From Octopus bimaculoides (taxonomy: Eukaryota): a DNA stretch of 56,986 bases. Shown here in pieces: positions 1-14,300 of this stretch. The translations under genes and the position numbers were made by a program. The stretch lies in NCBI RefSeq assembly GCF_001194135.2, contig NC_068981.1, positions 40,560,905 through 40,617,890 of the forward strand, in the 5' to 3' direction. The number at the start of each line of letters is the position of its first letter. Positions within the stretch are counted from its first letter, which is position 1. The notes beneath the pieces are model-generated. The model had not been told where the DNA came from, searched no databases, and worked only from the letters and a program-made list of their open reading frames with translations.

Positions 1-138
1 AGCTGTAGAAACTCTGCCAAATTTAGATTGGAGCCTGGTGTTGCCATCCGGTTTCACCAGTCCTCAGTCAAGTCGTCCAACCCATGCTAGCATGGAAAGC
101 GGACGTTAAACGATGATGATGATGATGATGATGGTGAT
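1..138 (+). mobile_element. RTE 3'UTR fragment; further copies at 17625-17882 (+), 20358-20620 (-), 23095-23335 (-), 28820-28990 (+), 35865-35975 (-), 36425-36605 (-) and 51428-51615 (-)
   Basis: ...ccatgctagcatggaaagcggacgttaaacgatgatgat terminus. Confidence 0.85.
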
Positions 139-1739
139 GATATATATATATTTATACATTTGTGTGTGTGTATATATATATATATGTATTGAAAATCTTA
201 GCCGTTTCTTTTTAATTGTTTAGTTTAGTGTGCTACCAGTTACACTGAGGTCATAGAATTTGACCTGTGACAGAAGAAATACAGAGGTCAGAGAAGAAAG
301 AGATATTCATGGAATGTATGTCATTGATTCAATAAAAGAACTGTGAAAGAATGTCTTGATAAATGAGTAATTATAGATTATATATTAATGATAAACAACA
401 ATAAAAAAGAATTTGAATAGGAATATTATAGAAATAAATTAACTATTAGGGACAACAGCGGTGTTTGTAATGAATAATAATTGGCATAGCCAAATGTGCT
501 AATTATTATAGAAATAGATGCCAATAAATGAAATGTTTAGGAACCAAATACTGAAATGCATCTACAAACTTATTTAAACTTGAGCCAATGAAGTTTCCTC
601 TACCCGCTAGAATTAGCAGCCAAATCTATCTCAACCATGATGAATTCAATGTACCTAAAACTGCTCCTGGTTTTATGATACAAACATCCTGTTTTAAAAT
701 TGATGAGTTAAATCCTTCCACTAAAATTTCAAGCTAGTTTATGTTCTAACAGCTTAATTATGACAAAGTTATTTTAGTAAATTTTTTCATTATTCTAAAA
801 AAATTATTGAAACAAAGACAGTGTATTTTAACAGAATATGGTAACAAAAAGATTAAATCTTACTCTACATACATGTTTTTAAACAAAATTGGATAACAGA
901 GTTCTGAGCACACTTGTCCCTTGTAGAAATATAAATAGTCATGGCTAGAATTACTTTGATCTGTTTGATCAATGCTGACTTAAGGCGCTAAATAACAACA
1001 ACTAACTTCGATTTTACCAGAACTGTAAAAAGAGCTCTCAAAATTGTAGCAATTTATTTCAAATGAGCTAACAGTTATTTTGCTTCTACTGAATTTTTAA
1101 TAGAGTAAAATTTTTACTGAACTTTAAAAATATGAGTAAAAATATCATTTTAAGTTGCAAAGGAATATCAATACTAAAGTCCTTTATAAATATGTTGGAC
1201 AAATGCAGACAGTAGGATCGATGAACAATCATGAGACAAAATTAAGAGCTTAAAAGATAGCTTATCCTCAGCAATATTTACTCTTTTGTTCTCTTATTTC
1301 TATTTAAATACACTAACTTACTTGGTATTTATCTGGTAATTGAAACATAAAATTAACATGAAATTTTGATGAAAGGTTTCATTTTATCTCACATCAAAAA
1401 AGAAAGTTTGTGTCTTAGAGCCAAGGGTAGTCTCAGGCAGGTTGGTATCAAAAGGGTTAAGAAAAGCTTCCAATAAAGGAGACTAATTAATTATAAGATA
1501 AAGAAAGTACTTAGCTGAAGACCTGTGGAGAAAATTGAGTGAGCAACTGTTAAACTGGAAACTAATCTTCTGACATCAATAAAGAACTTGCTTGGCAATG
1601 GTTTCCAAATGTCAGTAAGATAAATTCAACCTTGGCAGGATAATGCAAAAGTGCATGAACGATTATCAATATTAGCGATATTATGATAAGAATTATAGCT
1701 TTTTATATCTTTGTACTTGTTATCTTTAACTATATTTAG

Positions 1740-1797
1740 ATATAACATCGGTCTTCTTTTTTGCTGCCTGTGTTGAAGGACCTTTATTAAGGGATAA
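1740..1797 (+). CDS. kcc: KCC exon (Y)[19 protein letters not shown]
   Basis: tttag| acceptor, |gtaagt donor, 58 nt, phase 1 to 2; resembles KCC ...FGACIEGVVLRDK. Confidence 0.92.
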
Positions 1798-3094
1798 GTA
1801 AGTATCCAATATTTCTGTTTTAGTCATATATATTTTTTTGATTCTCTGTTTTTCCTTTAAAGATTTCCAATGTTTTATTAAGAATTGTTTCTAATTTTTT
1901 CTTTTTTTTTTGATAAATTTGTTCAGCAAAACTGATAACATTTACATATTAGATACAGGACTCTTTAAATATTTCCAAAGGATATTCTCATATTTTTATG
2001 AATGAATTGATTTCTAAGATTTTCAGCATAAAGTGATAAGCAGCAATTTAAGACAGAAAAGAAAAGCAGACCCACAATTCTAATAAATTGATTAAGAATA
2101 TTTGTTAGTTTATAAAATACATAATATCTGTTAACTAGAAATTATAATGTAAAATATGGGGTTAGTATAACTAGTATGATGCCAGATTGTTAAGCCTGAA
2201 ACACTCCAGAAGAAATTTAAACAGCTGCAGTAGTAATCAACTGATGGCAGCTGATGATTTGGAGGTGTATTTAGATCTATAGAGTAAGTTACCAACAAGC
2301 AAAAGTGCAACCCAATTGGTGACCACATCACTTCAATTACATTTCTTATATTTATTTTTTTGAATGGTATGGATATAGTTCTCCTCTTATAGTTTTTGTT
2401 TATATGTAAGAAATTAGTTACTTAAAACTAGATTTTACTTTTATTAGTCAGTTAGAAGATGAGAGACATAGCCCAATACATTTTCAAGTTCTTCCAGATG
2501 GGTGAGATCAATGTGGTTGGTGTTTAGTTTCAAGATCTACAGATTGATACATATTGAAAAAGAAACTGTTCAGGAAAAGAGTGCCAGAGAGAGGCATTGA
2601 GGAAATTGGTTAAGTTTAGGATGCAGGATATGTGATGCAGTAGCAAAGATGGCAAACTGACCTGTGCAATGATGGAGGTATACACAGATCTTTATAAATA
2701 GATAGCAAATGGGTTTGTGTGAAGATTATTCATTGATATTAGCAGATGTTGCTGTAGCAGCAATAGAAGAGACAGATAATAAACAGTATATCTTTGGAGT
2801 AGTGGTTGGTGAGTGAGACTTTACCAATCATCTGCATAGCTTTCTTTTGTATATGACTTGTGTGTGTGTGTGGGTGTGTGTGCAACTACAGCACCTACCA
2901 GAAAAAGACAGTTATGTGAATGTATAATTTTATTCAATAACTGTGTTGTAGTTCTTCACTATGTGTACCATTCACTCTTTTTCATTGCTTGTTGGGTTCA
3001 CATAGCAACAAACTCTGAGTAGTGACAGAGTAGACATTAGCTTCAAAGAAATAAGTAAACTCTACTACAAGTATTGAGTGTTCATCCTCCTGTT

Positions 3095-3139
<45 letters not shown>

Positions 3140-4425
3140 ACAGACATAGAGTTTACTGTTTCATTAAGGCAAGATCAGCAAAAAAGTATTCCATCAAGTG
3201 GAAGATAAATATCATTTAATGTACACAGTATAAAAACACTATCTACTTTTTTTGCACTGGAGAAATAGGTCTAGGTAGGTTTTAATAACATGCCTTGTAC
3301 CTCTAAGAGACACAAGGCATATCATAAAAACTGGCTTAAAGAGCCCGAAGATTGCTTGGAGTTATAAAGTATATTATAAAAACCTGCCAAGAAAATATTC
3401 GCAGCTCATATCTTGATCCTGTGTACATTAAATGATATATATACACATGCACACATACAATAGATAAAAATACATAGAAAAGCATACAATAGATATGGAC
3501 AGATTACTGCTCAAACCAGATTGATAGTCTAAGATCCAATATCAAATTATGGGTGACATAAATCCAGGTAAACAAGATGTGATTGTGAGAAACAAACCAG
3601 TGGAGCTAATGAAAATAAAGATAGAGTATAAGATGGTATCAAAGCGTTTATAAATAAGTTATACAAATATACATATAAATGTATTTAAGCCAATAGCAGG
3701 AAGATAGTCCATAGTAGTCATAGTTTTTCATAAATAAATATCCAGAGATTTCATGTGCAAAAATCATTGAGAAGAAAGAAGAAATTTCCAGGTCATACTT
3801 TACATCTGTTTCAGGGACTCAATCATAGCTACATACAGTACTGTGTATTATGCATACATACATACATATATGTGTGTGTGTGTGAAATTGTTGTCGAGGC
3901 AAGTGAAGTCATTGTCATGGCCGATGACAGTACCTTCTGATTGTTACCCATGCCGGTGGCACGTAAAACGCACCATTTGAGTGTGGTCAATGCCAGTTCC
4001 ATCTAACTGGTCCCTTGCCAGTGGCACATAAAAAGCGTCAATTGAGCATGATCGTTGCCAGTGCCACCTGACTGGTTCCCGTGCCGGTGACATGTAAAAA
4101 GCACCATTCAAGCATGGTCGATGCCAGTACTGCCTGACTGGCCCTCATGCTGGCGGCACATAAAAAGCACCCACTACACTCTCAGAGTGGTTGGCATTAG
4201 GAAGGGCATCCAGCTATAGAAACTTTGCCAGATTGGATTGAGCCTGATGCAGCCTTCTGGCTTGCCAGCCCTCACTCAAACTGTCCAACGCATGCCAGCA
4301 TGGAAAGCAGACATTAAACGACAACGATGATGATGACGTACTAAATTGTGTTATTCCATATTTGGGATATATGATGTTATAGCTTAAATTGTGTTACCCC
4401 ATAATTATTTGTTAACACAAAGATA

Positions 4426-4470
<45 letters not shown>

Positions 4471-4688
4471 TTACTGGATCTATCTATAACCAAATCCCTG
4501 AAATAGCTGTAAAAAATACTTTGATTTTTCTCCTCACTGGTTTATGTGTATGAAATTTTTGGATGTCTATTATTTATGAACTATCTTCTTCCTTTTTGCT
4601 TTATTACATTTATATGCATATATATATCACTTATTTATAAATGCTGTGATGCGGCAAATAACTTCTTGTCCACCTTTTATTTTATCCT

Positions 4689-4720
<32 letters not shown>

Positions 4721-6558
4721 TGTATGTATGTATGTATGTACAGACAGATAGATAGATAGATAGATAGATAGATAACAGATAGATAGATAGATAGATAGAA
4801 TAACTAATGAATAATATTTGTTTTCATATACTATGATTCATTACAATTTAGATTTAGCAGAAAGTTATATTTTTAGGCAAACACAATTCATAGATAACAC
4901 TTTAGAGACTATTTCTAATCATTCTGCTGATTCAGTATTCAAATGTTTAATAATTTTTTAAGGATGGCATGGTGATGATAATACATGCGGATGAAAACAA
5001 GTAATACTTTCTTCCATTATTTTAATAGATTTGGTGAAAGTATAAATGGTGGCCTTGTGGTAGCTAATCTAGCCTGGCCCAATGAATGGGTTATTCTTAT
5101 TGGCTCCTTCTTATCAACTCTTGGTGCTGGATTGCAGAGTTTAACAGGTTTGATATTGTTCATCAACATCATCATCATCATAATCCATCATTATCATTAT
5201 CATCATCAACATTGCATATCAATAGCATCTTTTATCTCCATTTCACCTTGGGTTAAATGGGTCTTCTTGCTTGATTGGCTCTCTTTGACACAAGCCAGTG
5301 AGGGAGCCTCTATGTAGTTGGTGACATGCTAAAAATTGCAGCCAAATCTCCTTCGAAATTATATTCTACTATTTAAGAAAACAAACAATTGGATAATGCC
5401 ATTCTAGATACTCTACAACAGAAAGAAAAAGTCAGCGTGGTTATATTTGGGATACCTTTCATTGATCATTAATCTATACAATTAGGGGTAACATGGGGCT
5501 TAACAATATCTCTCTCCAACTTGTCATATCTTGTGATTTATGAACATACCATCACAGACTAACCCTGTTTATCTATTTTTACAAACTTCATTGGCTCTAA
5601 GTTACTCAGCTACAGAGTATACATGTGCAGTATGGGCTACATCTTCAAATGCATTTCTGGCCCCTGTTCTCAGTGAGTCATCCCAGTATATTAGACTGGT
5701 TGTCCCAGGCCGACTAACATTAATATTTTTTATAAGGTGGTTGGCATTGCTCCACCTATAATCAGGAGAGATGTTGCGAGCAAAGCTGAAAAACAAAATT
5801 AGATGTTTGATGAAAGATATTTATAACACAGATATCAACAAATATGAAGAAGGTTAAATAGAGGAAGAAAATATTTTCATAATATCCACAGTTTTTCTCC
5901 GTTTCCAAAGAATTTTACCTGCATACATTTGAGGAAAGAAAAACTGGTAAATTTTCTACCAGTGCCATATGTAGAAAGTTTGCTAAAATGATCCACAGAG
6001 CAATTGAAAATATCATAAATGATTCCACATTTCATTTCGGATTCCATACGCACCAAAGTAAATGGGGACATATGTGGAATCTCACTTCTGTGACTGTGAA
6101 ACTGTCCAAACTATGAGTTACAAGCTGGTTTTCCCATTAGTGAATTACCCTTGTTTAGATGATTTGAGAAATAACACAAAAAAACAGAAGACTGCATAAA
6201 AAAAGGTGGCAAAATTTGATCTCAACAGGAAATAACAATCATCTACCTCTGCTCCAGTTGCCATTTATCATTGACCATTTATCACTTAAATTCACATTTT
6301 CTACCATTAGCACTAACCATTGTCCTTACCAGTTTTCTTTACACTACCCTTTGCCTGTGTATTGTACATAGTACAGAGCAACACCACAACACCAGACTGG
6401 TATAGACATGCACTTTGTAAAATATTAATCGCACTATGTTTGCAGTATGTTTAATAATTCTTTATGTTCATATGCTAACATCTCTCTAGTTTTGTAGATT
6501 ACACTGTAATTCCTTCTCTCTCTCTGTCTCTCTGCCTTCCCAGCTTGCTTTGTAAGTG

Positions 6559-6598
<40 letters not shown>

Positions 6599-6608
6599 NN
6601 NNNNNNNN

Positions 6609-6645
<37 letters not shown>

Positions 6646-6766
6646 TTGTAGATATTATTTCTCTTTTTCTTTCTAGTTTTGTAGTAACCAGCCACTTTTT
6701 CTGGCTTTGTGAACAGCTATCACTCCCTATATAACTTTTTCAGCAACTCTCTCTCTCTCTCTCTCA

Positions 6767-6799
<33 letters not shown>

Positions 6800-9700
6800 T
6801 ATCTCTCTCTCTCTCTTTCTCTTTTCCTCTCTCTTTCTCTTTTCCTCTCTCTTTTAGGCTTTGTAGGTGGTTGTATCTCTTTATTGTTATCTCTCTCTTT
6901 CTCTCTCTCTCTCTCTGTCTCTGTCTCTCTATCTATCTATCTATCTATACTTGAAATTTTGCAGATAGCTCTGCATTTCCCTGTCTTTTGCTCAACATAT
7001 TTCTTTTTCTTTCCCTCACCCTCTCTCTCATTGTTGACAGCTGTTTAATTAACAATATTTCCTAAGGCTGAACTGTTTTAGCTAATTTATCTAATTATAT
7101 ACATATATATATATTTTTGTTAATATTTTGTGACTGAAATCCATTTTGCTTTTAAATTAAATTAAATATTATCTTTTCTTTTTTTTATTTCCCCTTTTAC
7201 ACTCAATAATCTAGGAGCTCCTCGTGTCCTGCAAGCAATTGCAAAGGATAGTGTCATACCTCTTTTAGATATCTTCAGTGTGACCACAAAGAAAGGAGAG
7301 CCGTTTCGAGCATTGCTGTTGACAGCTGCAATATCTGAAATTGGAATTATTATTGCCAGTCTTGACTATGTGGCACCCATCATTACAATGTAAGTAAGCT
7401 TTCAAATCAGCAAAAATGCCAATTTCTAACATTGGCACAAATAACTTTTCTTTTCATTTTTTTTTTCTTAGGGTAGAGAGTGAAAGTATAGTTAATTACT
7501 TTCTATCTTTCAGATCAAATACATTACCTTTGTTCCAAATAATTTTGAATTTAGCAAAATAACTTTGTCTTTTTTGGAACATAATTTAGAATGAAATTTT
7601 AATAATAGACTGTAATTTAGCTTAGTTTAAAACAGGAAACTTGTAACCTAGATTCAGGGCAGTCTCTGGCTGTTGGTATTAAAAGGGGCAGATCAAATCT
7701 ATTTCTTTCTGTTGCTTTATTTTATTGACCATTGGAAACTCCATCCAGTAAACAAAGTTGATCTTTGTTGTAAGTAAATACAAGATAATGATACTGTCCA
7801 AGGTTCATTCGTTCACACCCTTATAAAGCCTAGCCAGGCTCATGGGCCCGGTTTCCTGGTTTCTATGGCGTATGTGTTCCCCCCAGCTGTACGGGATGCC
7901 AGTCCATCGCAGCGTTACTCAAGAAACAGGAAGAAAGACTGAGAGAAAGTTGGGACGAAAGAGTACAACATGGGTTGCCACCACCCCCTGCCGGAGCCTC
8001 ATAGAGCTTTAGGTGTTTTCACTCAATAAACACTCACAACACCCAGTCTGGGAATTGAAACCGCGATCCTCCGACCACGAGTTTGCTGCTCTAACCACTG
8101 GGCCATTGCACCTCCACACTGTCCAAGGAATAAATTGTTTTGCATTACATTTCTCTTCTACTAATTAAAATGTAGTTCTATTCAAATTAAAATAAAATTC
8201 TTGATCATTTCTGAAAGTTTGTTTTATAAATTTGTTAAATTAATCAAAACAAGATTTGTTTGGCTGTTTTCAGTATGTTTTTATATTTTTTTTCTACAAG
8301 GTTCTTTTTGCTATGTTATGGATTTGTTAACATGGCCTGTGCCCTTCAAACCTTGCTACGGACACCAAACTGGCGACCACGTTTTAGATTTTATCATTGG
8401 TAAGTTTTTAACATTCGTTTTTTCAATCTCCAAGAGAATAGTCTTTCTTAGATAATCATATTAAACAATTAACACATTTGTTATGTATAATGCTATGAAG
8501 CATAGTAACTAAGAGCTTAAGGTATTGAACTCATAATTACATTGTTATATGCTTTTGAGTTGAACATTTTTATATTATTATAGTATTCTTAAACAAATTA
8601 CATTGTATTGTTTATTCACCTTCCTGATGACAAAAAATCTCTCATCTACTTGATGTGTAAGCGGTTGTCATTGGATGAATGTCTAGGGATATTGAATGAT
8701 AAGCTACAGCCATCACTTGCAATCAAAGATGACATTTTTACTAATGGTTTAGATGTCCATGTAGTTGCAAGTGGATACAAACACCTTCTCAACCCTCCAA
8801 CACTTCACCCCAACAGAACATCTTAGACAGTGGTTTTCAACTAGTTTTTGCATAAAAAGGAATCCCTTGATTCCTATTTTACTCAGATGAACCCTCACAA
8901 CCATTGAATGTTTATACTGTTGTGATTAAATATTATCAGGAATTGCATAAAAAAATGGTTATTTTGTGTATTAAAGAAATACAACCAATTCACTGCACAT
9001 ACCTTTTAACAGCAAAATCTTATATGGACCCTGGTTGAGAAACCAATGATCTAGGATGTGACAGCTGGAGGGAGAGAGGGCTATTTGAGCACTAGGCAGG
9101 GTGTTGGGTTAGTTCTCTATTTATCAGCCCCTAAATGATGAAAGGCAAATCTTACATCAGCAAAAATTATGCAAATATACAAATATATAAAAATTTGCTC
9201 TCTTCATGATTGTGCAAATATATGGAATATTAATAGTTAAAGGCTGAAATATTCAAATAAAATTGCATTAGCCTAATTTATTGTGATACTGATGGCTAAA
9301 TCAACAGAGCTCTAATGTGTATGACAACCAGAAAAGTGGAAGTTGATTTATTCATATCTTATTAACAAGGCATATAACTCTGAATGGCTAATTTCATCTA
9401 ACTGTAGTAAGTTCAGCTTAACTGGTGTGTTTGAAAATTACAAAATGCTTCATTATACACCAAATTGTTTTACATTTATCAATTATCTGCACTGCCTGTG
9501 TTATATACAATTAAAATAGGAACATTGCCTCAGTGCAATTTAGATATGTTACAAGTCTTTCAAATAGAATGGCTTCTTGAAATACTTGGTATATTGCAGA
9601 CTAATTACCTGCAACATAAAAAAATATTCTAGTCTTTCAGGTGTGTGTCTCATGTATAGCTAAATACATAAAAATGAAAAAAAAACCAACTAAAACTTGA

Positions 9701-10355
9701 ATAATTTCTTCAATGCAGGACAGCATTATGCGATGAATGTGCCATAATTGCAACAAACAAAAAATACATTGAGAAAAAAATTAACAGAGATTTTAATTTA
9801 TTTATTTTAAAATTCCTTTTTTTACATATTTGTTTTTATTTGGAAAAGATATGATGACCTTATTTATACTGAACAATAATTGGCAAATTATAAATGATTT
9901 CTTCTCTTTCCAGGACTCTTTCTTTACTTGGGCTTGGTCTTTGTATATCTCTTATGTTCATATCAAGCTGGTATTATGCTTTGGCAGCCCTTTTCCTTGC
10001 ATTATGTATTTACAAATACATTGAATATAAAGGGTAAGATTTTTCTGTTTACTTTTCTAATAANNNNNNNNNNCATTGAATATAAAGGGTAAGATTTTTC
10101 TGTTTACTTTTCTAATAACACGTCTACTCATACTCTTGAAAAAGTAAATATTCATTGCCCAAAATACTTTTTCATAATGCTGCTCTACAAAACCTACAAG
10201 ATGTCTGTACACATGGGTACTCTTTCTCATGTTCTGTACTTCATCAGTAACACAAATCATCCTGTTGCCAAACAATTCAAGCCTCTTCATTCGTGAGTGA
10301 GTGTAAATACACTCAAATACGTACATGTGTGTGTGTGTGTGTGAATGTATGTATG

Positions 10356-10387
<32 letters not shown>

Positions 10388-11350
10388 AATTTATACATGC
10401 ATACCCACCTACCTGCTTGCATGCATACATACATTCACACGCACTCATATACTTCCCCAATAAGTGATCTTTTCCTGTTGACCTCCCTTACAACCTCAAT
10501 ACAGCTGGACTAACATACCACAAAGAAGATCTGGATATGGACTCAGGCCTGCTATATTGCATCACACTTTGAAGATTATGTTTTAGCAAGCCAAGAGCAG
10601 GAGATTGCTACAAAATACCTAATGAACAAAAGAGACAATGAAGCACTTGGAGCAGCATATCAAGTATGATCAGCAGCTGCCCAAAAAATGTCATCAAGGT
10701 ATTATCTATGCAACACAACATTGTTGCAAAAACGATATGCAGTGTTATCTAGAGTAAATACTGTTCTGAAATAAATATAGAGAGTATCCCTATTATTGAA
10801 TACATACACAAGCATCAATGCAAAGAGTATTGGCAGAATACTCTCATCAAAACTTCTACCAGGTGCAAACATAACAGACCAAATATATTTGTTTAGGACA
10901 GACATGTAAAGGTATATACCATCATAGAAATCAGCTGCACTGTGGATTTTAATATCTCTTTGAAAATCGAAGAGAAAGAGAATAGCTATAGAGAACTGTT
11001 TTAAAACCTACAGATTCTATATTCAGATTATAAATTAACATTTTTATCAATAATAATTGTTGCACTAGGTTTTGTGAGTACATGCCTAAGTGACAATTTA
11101 GAAAAGCTAGGAGTTTCAGGAAAAGAAATCAATTGACTAACATGCACATCATTAATACAATCTGTAAGCAGAACAGTAAAAATATGCAAGACTTTCCTCA
11201 AGTTCAACATGTGACAATGTTTTTGTTATTCCAATGATAGAATGTTGTATCTTTGTTGAAAACTAGTTCCTTCCTTGCAGAAAGCATTCAAATAGTTAAA
11301 AACCAAAGGGAACATACACACATACATACATACATACATACATACATACA

Positions 11351-11382
<32 letters not shown>

Positions 11383-14300
11383 AAAACATACATATACATA
11401 CATACATATACTTGAAAGCTGTGACATATGATACTTAGAAAGTGAATATATAAAACTTTATGTAATTCAACAGTGCTGAAAAAGAATGGGGAGATGGAAT
11501 TCGCGGACTTGCTATGTCTGCTGCAAGATATGCGTTGCTCAGATTACAAGAAGGACCACCTCATACCAAAAATTGGAGGTACGTTATTTTTGTTCTCTTG
11601 AAATAAAAATTATGCAACTTTTGCTTTCTCCTTGACTCCAATTAGTCACAATTATCTGATTTGTTATTTTTTTTTTATATTTCAATTTTAAACGTTACCA
11701 GAAAGCATTTGTTGCAAATCAACTCTATTTTTTTTTTTCCTCTTTCAATTCCTAATCCTTAACCAGGAAAAATATCCACTTATCTACAATTAGTTATTAC
11801 CTCCGCCTTAGCAAAGGCAGAGGTATTGTTTGCAGTCAAGTTTGTTTGTTTGTTTGTCTGTGGACAAGATATCTCAAGAACCACCAGATGGATTCGGATG
11901 AAACTTTCAGGGATGTTTGGCCTCGTGATTGGCATGAACTGATTAGATTTTGGAATTGATCTAGTACCGGACAAAGATTCTGGATTATTTTCCTGTTTTT
12001 TTTACTTAATTTTTCAGAGTAGTCGGGTTCATTTTTAGTAATCTCATTTGTGAGAGCAATCGAGTTTATTTCAGGTATCCTCATTTTAAAAATCGTCTCT
12101 GGCTAATCATTGAGAGGACATTGGTGTCGCCTTAGTGGAGGTTTGCACTTTCTGGGTGCTCTTGCTATTGTTGTTGGCACTCCGTCGCTTACGACATCGA
12201 GGGTTCCAGTTGATCCGATCAACGGAACAGCCTGCTCGTGAAATTAACATGCAAGTGGCTGAGCACTTCACAGACACGTGTACCTTTAATGTAGTTTTCG
12301 GGGATATTCAGCATGACACAGTGTGACAAGGCTGACCCTTTGAAATACAGGCACAACAGAAACAGGAAGTAAGAGTGAGAGAAAGTTGTGGTGAAAAAGT
12401 ACAGCAGGGTTCGCCACCATTCCATGCCGGAGCCTCGTGGAGCTTTAGGTGTTTTCACTCAATAAGCACTCACAACGCTTGGTCTGGGAATCGAAACCGC
12501 GATCCTATGACCGCAAGTCCACTGCCCTAACCACTGGGTCATTGCGCCTCCACGCTCTTGTTATTAATGAGATCATAATTCGTCAGACTATTAACTTTCT
12601 CTTAATATTACATCTCATTATTTATATCTTAATATTTACATCTCAGCAACTTTTTTTAGTAGTTTCAACTCTGGTCATCAGCATCAGATGTCTTATTCCT
12701 AAATATGTGCATTGTCCCAAACTGGATTTGAACTTTTATTTTTAATTGCTCTTATCCACAACGCCATTGGCACATGTTCATTATAATTGTATTAATTTAG
12801 TTGCTTAGCAATTCAAAATGTATAGTACAAACTGGTCAAGTGTATCATTTTTTATGTGATTTTGATATTTTTGTGTATTTAATAATGAGATATTAAATGT
12901 TCTGAATTAATTAGTTCTGTATTGAAAGGTTACCAGTTGTCCATTTACATTATTAGCTCATTAATAAACTATATCAGGAAGTTAGAGTTAGCTGAATCAA
13001 CAGTATGGAAGACTCCCAACCAAAGGATCAACAGTTCATCCACCTTATTTTGAATAGATACCTCACTTGTTTACTGTTAATAATAGCACTGTTTACTTAA
13101 TAATTGTTATTGAACCTTGGCTCTGATCCTGCAGATCTATAATCAAAAGTATTCTAATCATAACCACCGTTTGTTTTTTAACCTTTTTGTTACCATATTT
13201 CTGTTGAGATGGTCTGTGTTTCTTTCAATTAATTTTGAATATAACAAATAATTTAGTAAAATAAATCAGTTATCATTTAAGTTAGTGTCAGGAACATAAA
13301 TTGTAACTAAGGTTTGGTGGACAATTTTAATTCAGAACTTTTGAAAACAAGACATTTGTACTACAGAGCCAGAGGTGGTTTCAGCCAGGTTGGTATCAAA
13401 AATGTTAAAGCATGTATCGTGTACCTAATACTACCTATATATTGTTGAATATAATTTTTCTTTTTCAAAATAGTCATGTGTGATTTAAATTAAAGTTGGT
13501 TGCTATTTCCAGCAAATAGAGTGAGCATGTAGTGTTTTAAGTTCTGTTTGTGTTATTTACCCTCACAGCAATGCTGACTAAGCAGACCCATGATCAGAAA
13601 TGTTCCTACTATGATCATCCCAACCTTTTCTTATTCAAATATCATATTTCTAACACTACAATCATTATCCAGTGTAACCTTCCATATCCTTTTTTTTTAA
13701 CATGAGTTTTCTTAGCTGACGGTGCTGAGTTTCAAAATTCTAGAGATAAGAAATTTCAGAGTACTCTCCCTTTAGACTCGATACTTGATGGTGACTCGAG
13801 GCAACCAATAGAAAAATTGTGAAGATGTGAACAATAAGAAATTAATTAATAACTAAAGATCTGGCAAACAGTTGTATATCAAAAGAACATTACTTATTAA
13901 CATTTTAGACGTTCTACTCTGCAATTAAACATGAACTTCTTTATGAAGCTTCCTTATAAGAATTCAGATCAAGTATAATAGTGCCAAGCTTTTTGTCCAC
14001 TACTTTCATTAGTAACTTTCTTATCTTTCAGAGAAACTGTTTAATCCATTCACGGATTACTCTCTCAAATGTATTACTTTTTCATTCACATTGTTTTTGA
14101 TTAATCATGCATGATTTTGTAGCATCGAAATTATGATTATGTACTTGTAATTTTTATTTTAGCATAGAAGGGTAGATTTGGTTAGGCTGGATTTGGCTGG
14201 CCAGAAGATAAAAGATATAGCATATTTGGGCTGGATATGGCCGATTTAAATGCTAACAAGTTAAATAAGTTATTTACTATGTGCACTTACTCAAACTGTT

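Noticed and set aside
40-75. CTGAGGA-ctggt-GAAAC motif in the antisense of every RTE 3'UTR copy, resembling a hammerhead core
   Set aside because: No stem II, the position pairing with A15.1 is C rather than U, and no stem I
10057-10513. ORF-track entries rich in YI, HT, ER, SL or I repeats here and throughout the window
   Set aside because: Translations of (TA)n, (CA)n, (CT)n and (ATT)n microsatellites
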